NCBI GenBank assembly: GCA_905235565.1 | Contig: CAJOLR010000007.1 | Span: forward strand, 22,264 to 86,263 | DNA length: 64,000 nt | Source: an uncultured Bacteroidaceae bacterium | GTDB lineage: Bacteria > Bacteroidota > Bacteroidia > Bacteroidales > Bacteroidaceae | Direction of reading: 5' to 3' | In this document: positions 36,749-46,863 of the stretch, piece after piece | Layout of the letters: each line of letters starts with the position of its first letter | How positions within the stretch are numbered: the stretch's first letter is position 1 | Notes under the pieces: generated by a model | The model's input: the letters and a program-made list of their open reading frames with translations, nothing else | The model's database searches: none | Told to the model about the DNA's origin: nothing | Made by a program: the position numbers and the translations under genes

Positions 36749-39700
36749 ATGAAATATTATAACGGATTATTGAAATGGGCGATGGCCATGATTCTGGTCT
36801 TTCTGCCCGGTTTGCTTAAGGCACAGAAGGCCGGCGACGTAATCAGTGGTGTTATCTCTGATGCCGAAGGCCCGATGATGATGGTGAATGTGACAGAGAG
36901 AGATGAGGCCGACCGTATCGTAGCACATGCCATTACCGACATGGAGGGTAACTTCTCTTTCCGTCTGGTGAATCCTAAGGACAAATTGTCTATATCCTAT
37001 GTAGGTTATGACCCGGTGGTCATTCCTATCGACAAGCTCTATTTTGAGATCACCATGAAGGAGCAGGGCGATCTTCCCTCTGTAGAAATCGTGGCAGATC
37101 GTTTGACAGAAACTGATGGTCTGAAGATTCCTGTAAAGGAGGATTCACGTGTAATCCAGACCATCAACATGGAGGACTTCGAGGCCCTCGGTATCACAAC
37201 AGTCGATGAGGCTCTCGCCGGTCAGGTAGCCAGCCTTGACATCGTGTTTGACTCTGGTGACCTTGGTGCACGTTCAACCATGCGTCTGCGTGGTCAGTCA
37301 ACACTTACCGGTGATGGTAACCCGCTTATCGTAATTGACGGTCAGATCCTTACCATCGACCAGAATACAGCCAACCAGTTTGCTGACGGACTTGACCAGT
37401 ACCTCAATCAGAGTATGCAGGAGCAGGCCGACCAGGATCGTCTGGCTGAGTTGTTGAGCATCAACCCGTCGGATATCGCCACAATATCCTTCCTTAAGGA
37501 TGCTGCCGCAACAGCTCTTTGGGGTATCCGCGGTGCCAACGGTGTCATGGAGATCAAGACCAAGCGCGGTCAGCGTGGTAAGACTCGTGTAAACTACTCA
37601 TACAGACTTAACCTGAACTTCCAGCCGGATGGATACAGGTATCTTAACGGAGACCAGTACACCATGTTCGTCAAGGAGGCTCTGTTCAACCCGCATCTTG
37701 ATGATGACAGAGGCAGTGCCACTAATATTCCTGAGATCAACTACGTAATGGATGACTTCCCGGATGCACAGATGTGGAATGACAATACAGACTGGGTATC
37801 TGCAGTAAAGAAGGTAGGTGTATCACAGTCACACAACGTATCGGTATCCGGTGGTGGTGACAAGGCAAGCTTCCGTATATCAGCAGGTTTTGATGATGAG
37901 ACCGGTTCTGTGATAGGTCAGAAGATGAACCGATTCACAACCCGTGTAAACTTTGACTACTATATTTCAGAGCGTATCAGGGTTTCAACCAACTTCTCAT
38001 TGTCATACTCCAACAACCGCCGAAGCGGTAACACAGCTGTAAACTCAGCTCTTCAGATGATGCCTAACCTGGCCATCTATTATCAGGACAGGTATACCGG
38101 CGAATCAACGGGCGAGTATTACCTGATGCCCAGCAGCACTTCAAGCGAGCTGCCTACCCAGAGCAATCCTCTTCAGGAGGCCGAACTCAGGGAGAACTAC
38201 AGCATCAGCATGAATGTCAACCCGGACTTCAGTCTCACATACAACCTATTGGGTCTTGAGGCTGACAAGACACGTCTTACTTACAATGCTTCGGTTAACT
38301 TCGGTGTTTCCAACAGCAGCAGCGAGGGTTATACGCCGCAGGCTCTTTCCAGAACAGGTTGGAGAGATAACAGCGCTAACCAGGCAACTGTAAGTTCAAA
38401 CAAGAACTCATCAATCAATACTTCACATTCACTTACTCTCCAGCCGTATCTGAAGAACCGTAACCATTCATTAATGATGATGGCCCGAATGACTGTCAGA
38501 AACAGCAACGGTAAGGGTCAGAACATGGGTGTCAGCGGTCTTCCTTCAGGCCCCTTCAAGTCTCCAGGTCTGGACGGACGCATCACCAGCATGAGTACCA
38601 GCGCCAGCCGCAGCCGCGGTATCGACGCATCAGGTCAGGTGCACTACTCATATAAGAGTAAGTATTCATTAACCTTTACCCTTACTTCAAACGGTACCAC
38701 CAGAACCGGTAATGCCAAGAAGTGGGGTACATTCCCTGCCGCTTCGGCACGCTGGAACATCTCTGATGAGAAATGGTTTGACCGTATCCGTGAAAGCGGT
38801 CTGCTGACAATGGCCGGTTTCAACGTAAGCTGGGGATTCCAGGGTAACGCTCCCGGTGGCGACGATATGTTCCGTAGCCGTTATTCATCAGGAAGCTCAT
38901 ATCTGAGTACTACCACAATCTATCCTGCCAATATCCGTCTCAGTGACTTCCAGTGGGAGGAGCAGACACAGTGGAACTTCGGTCTTAACCTGGGACTGTT
39001 TGATGACAAGCTGAGTGCAAACATCAACTTCTATCACAAGGTTTCTGACAAGCTGATCAACAGCGGATATCCTATTCCTTCATCTTCAGGTTTCACATCA
39101 CTCGCTGCTGTCAACGACGGTAAGATGATGAACGAGGGTTGGGATCTTTCGCTGAATGCCGGTCGTATCTATTCGACCAAGCTGTTCGGCAAGGAATTCA
39201 GCGTGGGCGGTAACATCAACTTCAGTGACAATACCAACCAGGTACTTGAGATGAATGATGTTATCCTTAGGAGCTGGCAGAAGGAGTATAACTACTCAAG
39301 TCACGGCTCAAGCTCATATCTGTCATACGTGGCACTCAAGAACTCATACGGTTCAATGTACGGATTCAAGTTCAAGGGTGTTTACCAGTACAGTGATTAC
39401 AGTGAGGTTGAGATACCCGGCGTAAGCGGTCCCAATGCTCCTGTTGTCAAGGATGCTGAGGGCAATATCATAACCAACTCAAAGGGTATGCCCAAGAAGA
39501 TGGCCTACGGTTATGGTAAGCTGAGCGGCAATCCGTATTATTTCGTCGGCGGTGATGTCGCCTATGAGGATATCAACCACGATGGTAATATAGATGAGCT
39601 TGATATAGTATATCTGGGCAGTTCACTTCCCAAGATCAACGGTGGATTCAGCCTTCGTATGTCATGGGGCCGTCTGTCATGGAACAACAGTTTCAACTTC

Positions 39701-40117
39701 CGTTGGGGTAACAAGATCGTGAACGCTTCACGTCTGGAGGCAGAAGCTCCCCGTACCCTGCGTAACGTGATGGCAGCCATCAACTGGCGCTGGCGCGTTG
39801 AGGGTGATATAACTGATGTTCCCCGTGCCCTTTATGACTGGGGTTACAACGACCTGGGTTCCGACCGTTTCGTAGAGGACGGTTCATTCCTCCGTTGGAA
39901 TTCTACATCATTCAGTTATTCTCTCAATCCTCAGTTTGTAAAGAAGATACACCTGAGCAGTTTGAGCTTTAACTTCAACCTGAACAATCTGGTAACATGG
40001 ACCAAGTATACAGGTCTTGATCCAGAGGTCAGTGCCGGTCGTGGTCAGGTGGCAACGGATAACAGCCGTACTCCGCGTTCCAGAAGGGTTACTTTTGGCG
40101 TAAACGTACAGTTCTAA
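36749..40117 (+). CDS. SusC/RagA-family TonB-dependent outer-membrane transporter
   Basis: Signal peptide, carboxypeptidase-regulatory-like N-domain, plug motifs (NPLIVIDG, FLKDAAATALWGIRGANGVMEIKTKRG), 1122 aa, C-terminal FGVNVQF. No STN-type signalling extension. Confidence 0.92.
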   Translation: MKYYNGLLKWAMAMILVFLPGLLKAQKAGDVISGVISDAEGPMMMVNVTERDEADRIVAHAITDMEGNFSFRLVNPKDKLSISYVGYDPVVIPIDKLYFEITMKEQGDLPSVEIVADRLTETDGLKIPVKEDSRVIQTINMEDFEALGITTVDEALAGQVASLDIVFDSGDLGARSTMRLRGQSTLTGDGNPLIVIDGQILTIDQNTANQFADGLDQYLNQSMQEQADQDRLAELLSINPSDIATISFLKDAAATALWGIRGANGVMEIKTKRGQRGKTRVNYSYRLNLNFQPDGYRYLNGDQYTMFVKEALFNPHLDDDRGSATNIPEINYVMDDFPDAQMWNDNTDWVSAVKKVGVSQSHNVSVSGGGDKASFRISAGFDDETGSVIGQKMNRFTTRVNFDYYISERIRVSTNFSLSYSNNRRSGNTAVNSALQMMPNLAIYYQDRYTGESTGEYYLMPSSTSSELPTQSNPLQEAELRENYSISMNVNPDFSLTYNLLGLEADKTRLTYNASVNFGVSNSSSEGYTPQALSRTGWRDNSANQATVSSNKNSSINTSHSLTLQPYLKNRNHSLMMMARMTVRNSNGKGQNMGVSGLPSGPFKSPGLDGRITSMSTSASRSRGIDASGQVHYSYKSKYSLTFTLTSNGTTRTGNAKKWGTFPAASARWNISDEKWFDRIRESGLLTMAGFNVSWGFQGNAPGGDDMFRSRYSSGSSYLSTTTIYPANIRLSDFQWEEQTQWNFGLNLGLFDDKLSANINFYHKVSDKLINSGYPIPSSSGFTSLAAVNDGKMMNEGWDLSLNAGRIYSTKLFGKEFSVGGNINFSDNTNQVLEMNDVILRSWQKEYNYSSHGSSSYLSYVALKNSYGSMYGFKFKGVYQYSDYSEVEIPGVSGPNAPVVKDAEGNIITNSKGMPKKMAYGYGKLSGNPYYFVGGDVAYEDINHDGNIDELDIVYLGSSLPKINGGFSLRMSWGRLSWNNSFNFRWGNKIVNASRLEAEAPRTLRNVMAAINWRWRVEGDITDVPRALYDWGYNDLGSDRFVEDGSFLRWNSTSFSYSLNPQFVKKIHLSSLSFNFNLNNLVTWTKYTGLDPEVSAGRGQVATDNSRTPRSRRVTFGVNVQF

Positions 40118-40135
40118 CTTTAAAAGGATGCTAAG

Positions 40136-41890
40136 ATGAAAAATATTAAATCTTTATTGTTAGCCGCACTGGTGGGTTTATCATCCACTTCGTGCAATGA
40201 TTTCCTTGAACTGGAGCCTCTTAATGACATAGTTCTGGAAAACTTCTGGACTGACAAATCTGACGTAGAGAGTGTGTTGCTGGGTGCATACAGTGCCCTG
40301 GAAAAATCCGACTGCCTGCTCAGAATGGTCATTTGGGGTGAGATGCGTTCAGATAATATGGTTGAAAGCAACAGTTCTCCCGAGGTTATTCAGCAGATAT
40401 GCCGTGAGAACCTGCTTATCACCAATGATTATTGTAAGTACAATGCATTTTACGATGTGATCAACCGTGCCAATACGGTATTGCATTTTGCTCCCATCGT
40501 AGCCGATAAGGACCCTAACTATCTTTGGTTGGAACTCAAGGCCAATGAGGCCGAGGCCATAGCACTTCGCTGCCTCTGCTACTGGTATCTTATCCGTGCT
40601 TTCCACGATGTTCCTTACGTTACCGAGCCGTCTATCGATGATGAGGGTGGTTACAAGAAATTCTATGTACCGCAGAGTGATTTCGATTCCATTCTGACCC
40701 AAATCATAGCCGATCTGGAGAGTGTTAAGGACGATGCAATGAAAAAGTATCCTTCAGATTTGGAGAATACGGCCCGCATAACACAGTCTGCAATCTGTGC
40801 AATGCTTGCCGATATGTATCTGTGGCGCGGACGTGCTGATGACTGGGATAAGTGCATCAGCGTATGCCAGGAGATAACAACCCAGAAAAAGAAGGAGTGG
40901 GAAGACCTTAAGATAAAGAAGGGTAAGGACAACACCATTAAGGAGTACAACGGTTATCCCCTTATCTCAAACATTCCCAACAATGAGACTCTTGGTAATG
41001 CTTACAATGAGATTTTCGGAGACGGAAACTCATTCGAGGCCCTGTTTGAACTTCCCTATGACAACAATGTTTCAAACGGCCTGGTAAGCAGCTACTACCA
41101 GAGCTCATCAAATGCGGATAACAACAGTACCGGTAATGTTAAGGCACTGGACAAGATCGGTTCCAGCCGCGGTGAGGATAAGAGCGTATTCGTACAGATG
41201 CACGATACCCGTTATCATCAGAGTGTAGTTGAGCGCGGTTCTTCATATGGTATCTGCAAGTATGCATATTCCAGTGTCTCAATTACCGGTACAGCATCGG
41301 GCGTTGACATTAGCCAGTCTTCAATGAGAAACTCAAGCAGCCAGCCCAACTGGATTATCTACCGTTACAGCGAGGTCCTGCTCTTTGAGGCCGAGGCCAA
41401 TATAATGAAAGCCAAGAGCCTTAATCCTTCCGGAGCCGACAGCCTTGCTATTGTAGCCGAGGCATCCGGATATCTTCAGAATGCATTTGATCTGATAGAT
41501 GCCGTCAACAAGCGTGCCATAGGTTACATTGCCGAGGAGGGCGTAAGCAAACCGTTCAACCCCAAGACTCTTGTACGTACAGATTATACATCAGTAAACA
41601 TGATGGAGAATCTGCTCTTCCAGGAGCGCAGGCGTGAACTTATGTTTGAGGGAAAGCGCTGGTTTGACCTGGTCAGGATGTCACGTCGCGACGGTAATCA
41701 GAACCGTATGTTGAGATTCCTTCAGGAAAAGTTTTCAGCATCTGTTTACAGTGCTGTCAAGATCAGGCTTAAGGATCCCTATGCCATGTATTTCCCGCTG
41801 GCTAAGGACGAAGTGAAAAACAGTCAGGGTGTTCTCCGTCAGAATCCTGTCTATAAGGATGACGAGGACGTAACGCTGTCAACACATTGA
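40136..41890 (+). CDS. SusD/RagB-family lipoprotein
   Basis: Lipobox LSSTSC followed by NDFLELEP, TPR-like helical content, directly downstream of SusC. Confidence 0.9.
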   Translation: MKNIKSLLLAALVGLSSTSCNDFLELEPLNDIVLENFWTDKSDVESVLLGAYSALEKSDCLLRMVIWGEMRSDNMVESNSSPEVIQQICRENLLITNDYCKYNAFYDVINRANTVLHFAPIVADKDPNYLWLELKANEAEAIALRCLCYWYLIRAFHDVPYVTEPSIDDEGGYKKFYVPQSDFDSILTQIIADLESVKDDAMKKYPSDLENTARITQSAICAMLADMYLWRGRADDWDKCISVCQEITTQKKKEWEDLKIKKGKDNTIKEYNGYPLISNIPNNETLGNAYNEIFGDGNSFEALFELPYDNNVSNGLVSSYYQSSSNADNNSTGNVKALDKIGSSRGEDKSVFVQMHDTRYHQSVVERGSSYGICKYAYSSVSITGTASGVDISQSSMRNSSSQPNWIIYRYSEVLLFEAEANIMKAKSLNPSGADSLAIVAEASGYLQNAFDLIDAVNKRAIGYIAEEGVSKPFNPKTLVRTDYTSVNMMENLLFQERRRELMFEGKRWFDLVRMSRRDGNQNRMLRFLQEKFSASVYSAVKIRLKDPYAMYFPLAKDEVKNSQGVLRQNPVYKDDEDVTLSTH

Positions 41891-41933
41891 TTTGCCGGCC
41901 AATCTCTGAGTATAAAATAAAAAAAGTAACGAT

Positions 41934-43655
41934 ATGAAAAATAATTCAGGATTTTCAGCAAAAGCCGTTCTTTTGGCAGTCTCCCTGATGGTTCTGGCCT
42001 CATGTAATGATGCCTGGAATGACCATTACAGCTATAAGAATGACAGCAACTATCCGGTTGAAAAGATAGATGTGACGCTTAAAGGTATAGATGGATACAA
42101 AAACTTCTATAAGGCACTTGCCACAACTGATATGTGTGACAAGTACGGCAAGCGTTATGAGAACAGTGACGGCAGCTATCAGAGTTTCTTGTCACTTTTG
42201 AATCAGGACCAGTTCCTTACAGTATGGGCTCCGTCCGATGCTTCCTTACCAGATTCAATCTGGGCAAAATATACCGATCCCAACAAGGATGACGCCCTTA
42301 ACTTTGAAGTTGGAGAGAAGTTCTTGAAGATGCATATTGCCCGTTTCAAGCATACCTCTGGAGGTATAGACACAACAAAGGTATTCATGTTGAACGGAAA
42401 GCCGGTATCCTCGTCACCAGCCTCAATGGGTGGTCAGGCATATCACGGAACAGACAAGAACATCCGTTGCCTGAACGGTATACTTCATTGCCTGGACGGC
42501 AATATCAAGTATCTGCCCAACATCTATGAGTATATCACCACAGAGCCCAAGTACAAGACTCTGTTCGGTGACTGGTTGGCCAGCTATACCATTGAGGAAG
42601 TTGACCAGAGCCGAAGCGTTGCCTCGGGTATCGATGAGAACGGTGAAAAGATATGGATTGATGCGGTAATGATTGAGTCAAGCGTTCTGTTGAAGAGATT
42701 CGGTTATATCAACTCGGAGGACAGTACTTATGCATTCCTTCTGCCAACCACCGATCTGTGGCAAACCCAATATGACAGGATCAAGGATTTCTATGTATAT
42801 AATGAGACCAGTCTTGACAATGATTCCCTGCAGAAATTCTATGCAGGAAACGCCATGCTGACCGACCTTACATTCAATATGAACAGGAAGGCACAGCGTT
42901 ATCTGCCGGATTCGGTTTACTCGACCCGTTACAATTCGCAAGAGAACCGTAGGGATAAAAGACCGTATCACATATTCAGCCATCCTTATGACGATGTCAA
43001 CGGTATATTCGGAAAAGGCCAGTGCGTTGACTCGATAGAATGCAGTAACGGTAAGATTTACATTACCAACAACTGGCCGTTCAAGGATACCCTTACATTC
43101 CTTCGTGATATCAAACTTGAGGCAGAGAACTACCGCAACCTGAGTTCATTGTTCAGTGTATATCAGCGTACCGTTCAATCCATCAACGGCGTTACTCTTG
43201 ATGTTCCTGTACAGGTAATGAGAATTTCCTATTCTTCAGGCGAACTCTCATGGAATGCCAAGTTCAATATCTCCGGTAACCTTAAGGGCAAGTACAGTGT
43301 AAAGGCTGTGATCCTTCCCAACCAGGAGGAGGATAACAAGCCTATCCGTCTCCATCCCAGGATCACTTACAATGATGACGTCCTTCTGGACTCAACATGG
43401 ATTGAATGGGATTACTTTGAATTCGAAGGAGTCAAAGATTCAGTATCACAGGTTGTGGAATACTATATGGTGAATGACCCGACCAAGGTCGATACCTTGG
43501 AGATAGGTGTTGTCGAGGTTCCGTATTGCTCCTATGATATGATTACATCCCCGCTTGCTGTAACTCTCTCCAGTAGAGTCAACACCAACAATGTTGATAT
43601 TTACACAAGTGAGTTGTGGCTTGACGGTATTATTTTGGAACCGGTTGTAGAATAA
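41934..43655 (+). CDS. surface lipoprotein with two FAS1 (fasciclin)-like domains plus a C-terminal beta-rich region
   Basis: Lipobox VLASC. Motif pairs LTVWAPSDASL..LNGILHCLDG and YAFLLPTTDLW..SNGKIYITNNW. It occupies the SusE/F position after susD. Confidence 0.7.
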   Translation: MKNNSGFSAKAVLLAVSLMVLASCNDAWNDHYSYKNDSNYPVEKIDVTLKGIDGYKNFYKALATTDMCDKYGKRYENSDGSYQSFLSLLNQDQFLTVWAPSDASLPDSIWAKYTDPNKDDALNFEVGEKFLKMHIARFKHTSGGIDTTKVFMLNGKPVSSSPASMGGQAYHGTDKNIRCLNGILHCLDGNIKYLPNIYEYITTEPKYKTLFGDWLASYTIEEVDQSRSVASGIDENGEKIWIDAVMIESSVLLKRFGYINSEDSTYAFLLPTTDLWQTQYDRIKDFYVYNETSLDNDSLQKFYAGNAMLTDLTFNMNRKAQRYLPDSVYSTRYNSQENRRDKRPYHIFSHPYDDVNGIFGKGQCVDSIECSNGKIYITNNWPFKDTLTFLRDIKLEAENYRNLSSLFSVYQRTVQSINGVTLDVPVQVMRISYSSGELSWNAKFNISGNLKGKYSVKAVILPNQEEDNKPIRLHPRITYNDDVLLDSTWIEWDYFEFEGVKDSVSQVVEYYMVNDPTKVDTLEIGVVEVPYCSYDMITSPLAVTLSSRVNTNNVDIYTSELWLDGIILEPVVE

Positions 43656-43670
43656 TAAAACTGATTAGAT

Positions 43671-46600
43671 ATGATTATATTTCTCAAAAAGAGGTTATTA
43701 CCTTTGGGGCTGGCTTGTCTGATGTTCCTGCTTTCAGCCCCTGTATCGGCCCAGGCTGATACTGACATGGTTGAGGTAACCGGTGTTGTAACAGAGGCAT
43801 CTACAGGCTTGCCTATGGCCGGTGTCAAGGTACAGGCGTATAATATCGCCCGCCATTCGGCAATGACCAAGGCCGACGGTTCTTTCTCAATCAAGGTTCC
43901 GAAATATGTGTCATCTCTTACGTTCTCTCTGGAAGGGTGCAATACAATAGTATGCGCTCTGAAGGGACGCGTAGAGGATATCAGTGTGAAAATGTACAGT
44001 GATGCGTTCTCAGAGATATATGAGACCAGCACAACGGCATCAACCGTTGCCGAGTCCGAGGTATCAAATCTGAGCAACGATATCCTGATAGACGGACAGA
44101 TACAGCAGTCTCTTCAGGGTAACATCCTGTCTGTGATGCGTTCAGGCCAGCTCGGTGTAGGTGCCCTGATGCAGATTGACGGTATCAACTCGCTGAATAT
44201 CAACACCCAGCCTCTGGTTGTCCTGGACGGCATCATTCTTGATATGGGATACGAGCATGTAGCTATGCATGACGGTTTCCATAACAATCTGCTGGCCAAC
44301 ATACCTGTCGAGGACATTGAATCAGTGCAGATTCTCAAGAACGGGTTCGGTATCTACGGAGCCAAGGGCGCCAACGGTGTGATCCTTATCAACACCAAGC
44401 GTATCAAGACCATGGCCACCAAGATTGACGTAAACATCTCCGGTACCTATCAGACCATGCCTAAGCTTCCGGTCATGATGAATGAGAATCAGTACCGTTC
44501 ATACGCTTCTGAGCTTTTGGGAACCACTGGTGCCCGCCGCAGCAGCTTTACGTTCCTTAATACCGATACCAGTTATCCCTATTACTATTGGTATCATGAG
44601 AACTATACAGACTGGACAGATGTATCTTATCAGGATGCTTTTGTGCAGAATTACAATATCAGCGTTCAGGGTGGTGATGACGTGGCAAACTACAGCCTTT
44701 CCGTAGGATATGTTACCGGTGACGCCACATTGGTCGAGAGCGATTTCTCACGTTTCAGCCTTCGTCTGAATTCTGATATCGTACTGGGCAACAAGCTTAC
44801 CATGCGTTTTGATGCATCATACAGCGATGTAACACGTGATATGCGTGATGACGGTGCTCCAGATGACATTGACAATACGATGATCAACTCTCCGGGTTTC
44901 CTGGCTCTTGTCAAGTCTCCGTTCCTTTCACCCTACGCACATGACTACACAGGCCGTATATCCAGCTATCTGGCTACAGAGGATGATTATCTTAAGGATA
45001 CCGGTCTGACAGACGTGTCACTTGCCAACCCGTTGGCCATACTTGTAAACGGTGACGGTATAAACAAGAACTATTACGGAAGCCGTTTCATTACTTTGGC
45101 AGTAACTCCAAAGTGGGAGATCAAGCGTAATCTTAATCTTTATGAGCACTTCTCATATACCCTGGCCAATACTGATGAGAACTACTATGTTCCACTTAAC
45201 GGAACACCCAGTTTCCGCATAGAGGGTATAGGTATAGTAGAGAACAAGGCTGCCGCCATGGCTGCCCAGCAGGACGGATTCATGAGCAATACTTTCCTGA
45301 CTTATGAAAGAAGACACTTGTCACACTTTGTAAATGTGCAGGGTGGTTTCCGTTATGTGAACAACTCCAGATACCAGACATCCATGACAGGTTACAACTC
45401 AGGTAATGACAAGAAGCCTAACATGGATACATCACTCAAGTATCCCAAGACAAATGCCGTCGAAATCAAGGATAAGTCCCTCACATGGTGGGCTCAGGCA
45501 GACTATAACTTCAAGGAGCGTTATTATCTGTCAGCCAGCGCCGGTTTGGCAGCATCATCACGTTTCGGTGATAAGTCAGAGGGTGCTATCAACATGTTCG
45601 GTGTTCCATGGGGATTATTCCCTTCAGTATCAGCTGCATGGGTAGTTACTTCAGAGCCCTGGTTCAAGATTGACTTCATTGACTATCTCAAGTTCAATGT
45701 GGGTTATGACATTACCGGTAATGACGGTTATGACGCAACAGCCTCCAAGACCTACTTCTCACCTGTCAAGGTGTTGGGTAAGACAGGTCTTTCCATGTCC
45801 AACATCGGTAACGGATCATTGCGTTGGGAGACTACTTCAAAACTGACTGCAGGTTTGGCCATGAATCTGTTGGACAACAGACTTTCAATATCTGCCAATA
45901 TGTTCAGCTCAAATACAGACAACCTGCTGTCTGTCGGTTCAATTGCTTACGTAACCGGTCTGCCCCAGACCTGGAGTAACGGAGGTTCACTGTCTAACAA
46001 GGGATTCGATGCCTCTTTCAATGCCAAGCTGATCAGTTCACCAATGCTTCAGTGGGAGATGGGTGCATCTATCGGTCACTACAAGAATGAAATCACCAAG
46101 CTTCCTTCGGCAGGATATGACACAGAGATGTATGGCGCTACAATCCGCACCGAAGTAGGTAATCCTCTGGGAGTATTCTACGGATATGAGACTGACGGTC
46201 TGTTCCTGACATCCGAGGACGCTCAGGCATCAGGATTGTATATGCGTTCCAATACAGGTGTCAAGACCTACTTCGAGGCTGGTGACGTGGCATTTGTAGA
46301 CCATAACGGAGATAAGATCATCGATGCCAATGATATGGTACAGATAGGTGATCCCAATCCGGACTTCTATGGTCGTATCAACACTAAAGTGGCTGTCAAG
46401 AATCTGACATTGAGCGCAACCCTGGCTTATTCGATAGGTGGTGACATCTACAACTATCAGCGTATGTTGCTTGAGAGCGGTTCACGTTTCATGAACCAGT
46501 CTCTGGCCATGACCAACCGTTGGACTGTCGAGGGTCAGCAGACTGATATTCCTCGCGCCACATTCGGTGATCCTCATCAGAACGCAAGGTTCTCTGACCG

Positions 46601-46847
46601 CTGGATAGAGGATGGTTCTTACCTGAAGCTGAAGAATGTTACACTCAGTTACAAGATTCCTATCCACAGCACCTATCTGCAGGGCGTAACGGTTTGGGGT
46701 TCGGCCAACAATCTGTTCACTATGACCAAATACTTAGGTTCAGATCCCGAATTCGTATCAGGCAATGATGTGCTTATGCGTGGTATAGACCGCGGACTCT
46801 TACCGCAGTCGGCCAATTTCTCATTAGGATTGAAGATTAACCTTTAA
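43671..46847 (+). CDS. SusC/RagA-family TonB-dependent outer-membrane transporter (second copy, divergent)
   Basis: Carboxypeptidase-regulatory-like N-domain, plug motifs (QPLVVLDG, ILKNGFGIYGAKGANGVILINTKR), 1058 aa. Confidence 0.92.
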   Translation: MIIFLKKRLLPLGLACLMFLLSAPVSAQADTDMVEVTGVVTEASTGLPMAGVKVQAYNIARHSAMTKADGSFSIKVPKYVSSLTFSLEGCNTIVCALKGRVEDISVKMYSDAFSEIYETSTTASTVAESEVSNLSNDILIDGQIQQSLQGNILSVMRSGQLGVGALMQIDGINSLNINTQPLVVLDGIILDMGYEHVAMHDGFHNNLLANIPVEDIESVQILKNGFGIYGAKGANGVILINTKRIKTMATKIDVNISGTYQTMPKLPVMMNENQYRSYASELLGTTGARRSSFTFLNTDTSYPYYYWYHENYTDWTDVSYQDAFVQNYNISVQGGDDVANYSLSVGYVTGDATLVESDFSRFSLRLNSDIVLGNKLTMRFDASYSDVTRDMRDDGAPDDIDNTMINSPGFLALVKSPFLSPYAHDYTGRISSYLATEDDYLKDTGLTDVSLANPLAILVNGDGINKNYYGSRFITLAVTPKWEIKRNLNLYEHFSYTLANTDENYYVPLNGTPSFRIEGIGIVENKAAAMAAQQDGFMSNTFLTYERRHLSHFVNVQGGFRYVNNSRYQTSMTGYNSGNDKKPNMDTSLKYPKTNAVEIKDKSLTWWAQADYNFKERYYLSASAGLAASSRFGDKSEGAINMFGVPWGLFPSVSAAWVVTSEPWFKIDFIDYLKFNVGYDITGNDGYDATASKTYFSPVKVLGKTGLSMSNIGNGSLRWETTSKLTAGLAMNLLDNRLSISANMFSSNTDNLLSVGSIAYVTGLPQTWSNGGSLSNKGFDASFNAKLISSPMLQWEMGASIGHYKNEITKLPSAGYDTEMYGATIRTEVGNPLGVFYGYETDGLFLTSEDAQASGLYMRSNTGVKTYFEAGDVAFVDHNGDKIIDANDMVQIGDPNPDFYGRINTKVAVKNLTLSATLAYSIGGDIYNYQRMLLESGSRFMNQSLAMTNRWTVEGQQTDIPRATFGDPHQNARFSDRWIEDGSYLKLKNVTLSYKIPIHSTYLQGVTVWGSANNLFTMTKYLGSDPEFVSGNDVLMRGIDRGLLPQSANFSLGLKINL

Positions 46848-46863
46848 TTTATAATAAGGTATT

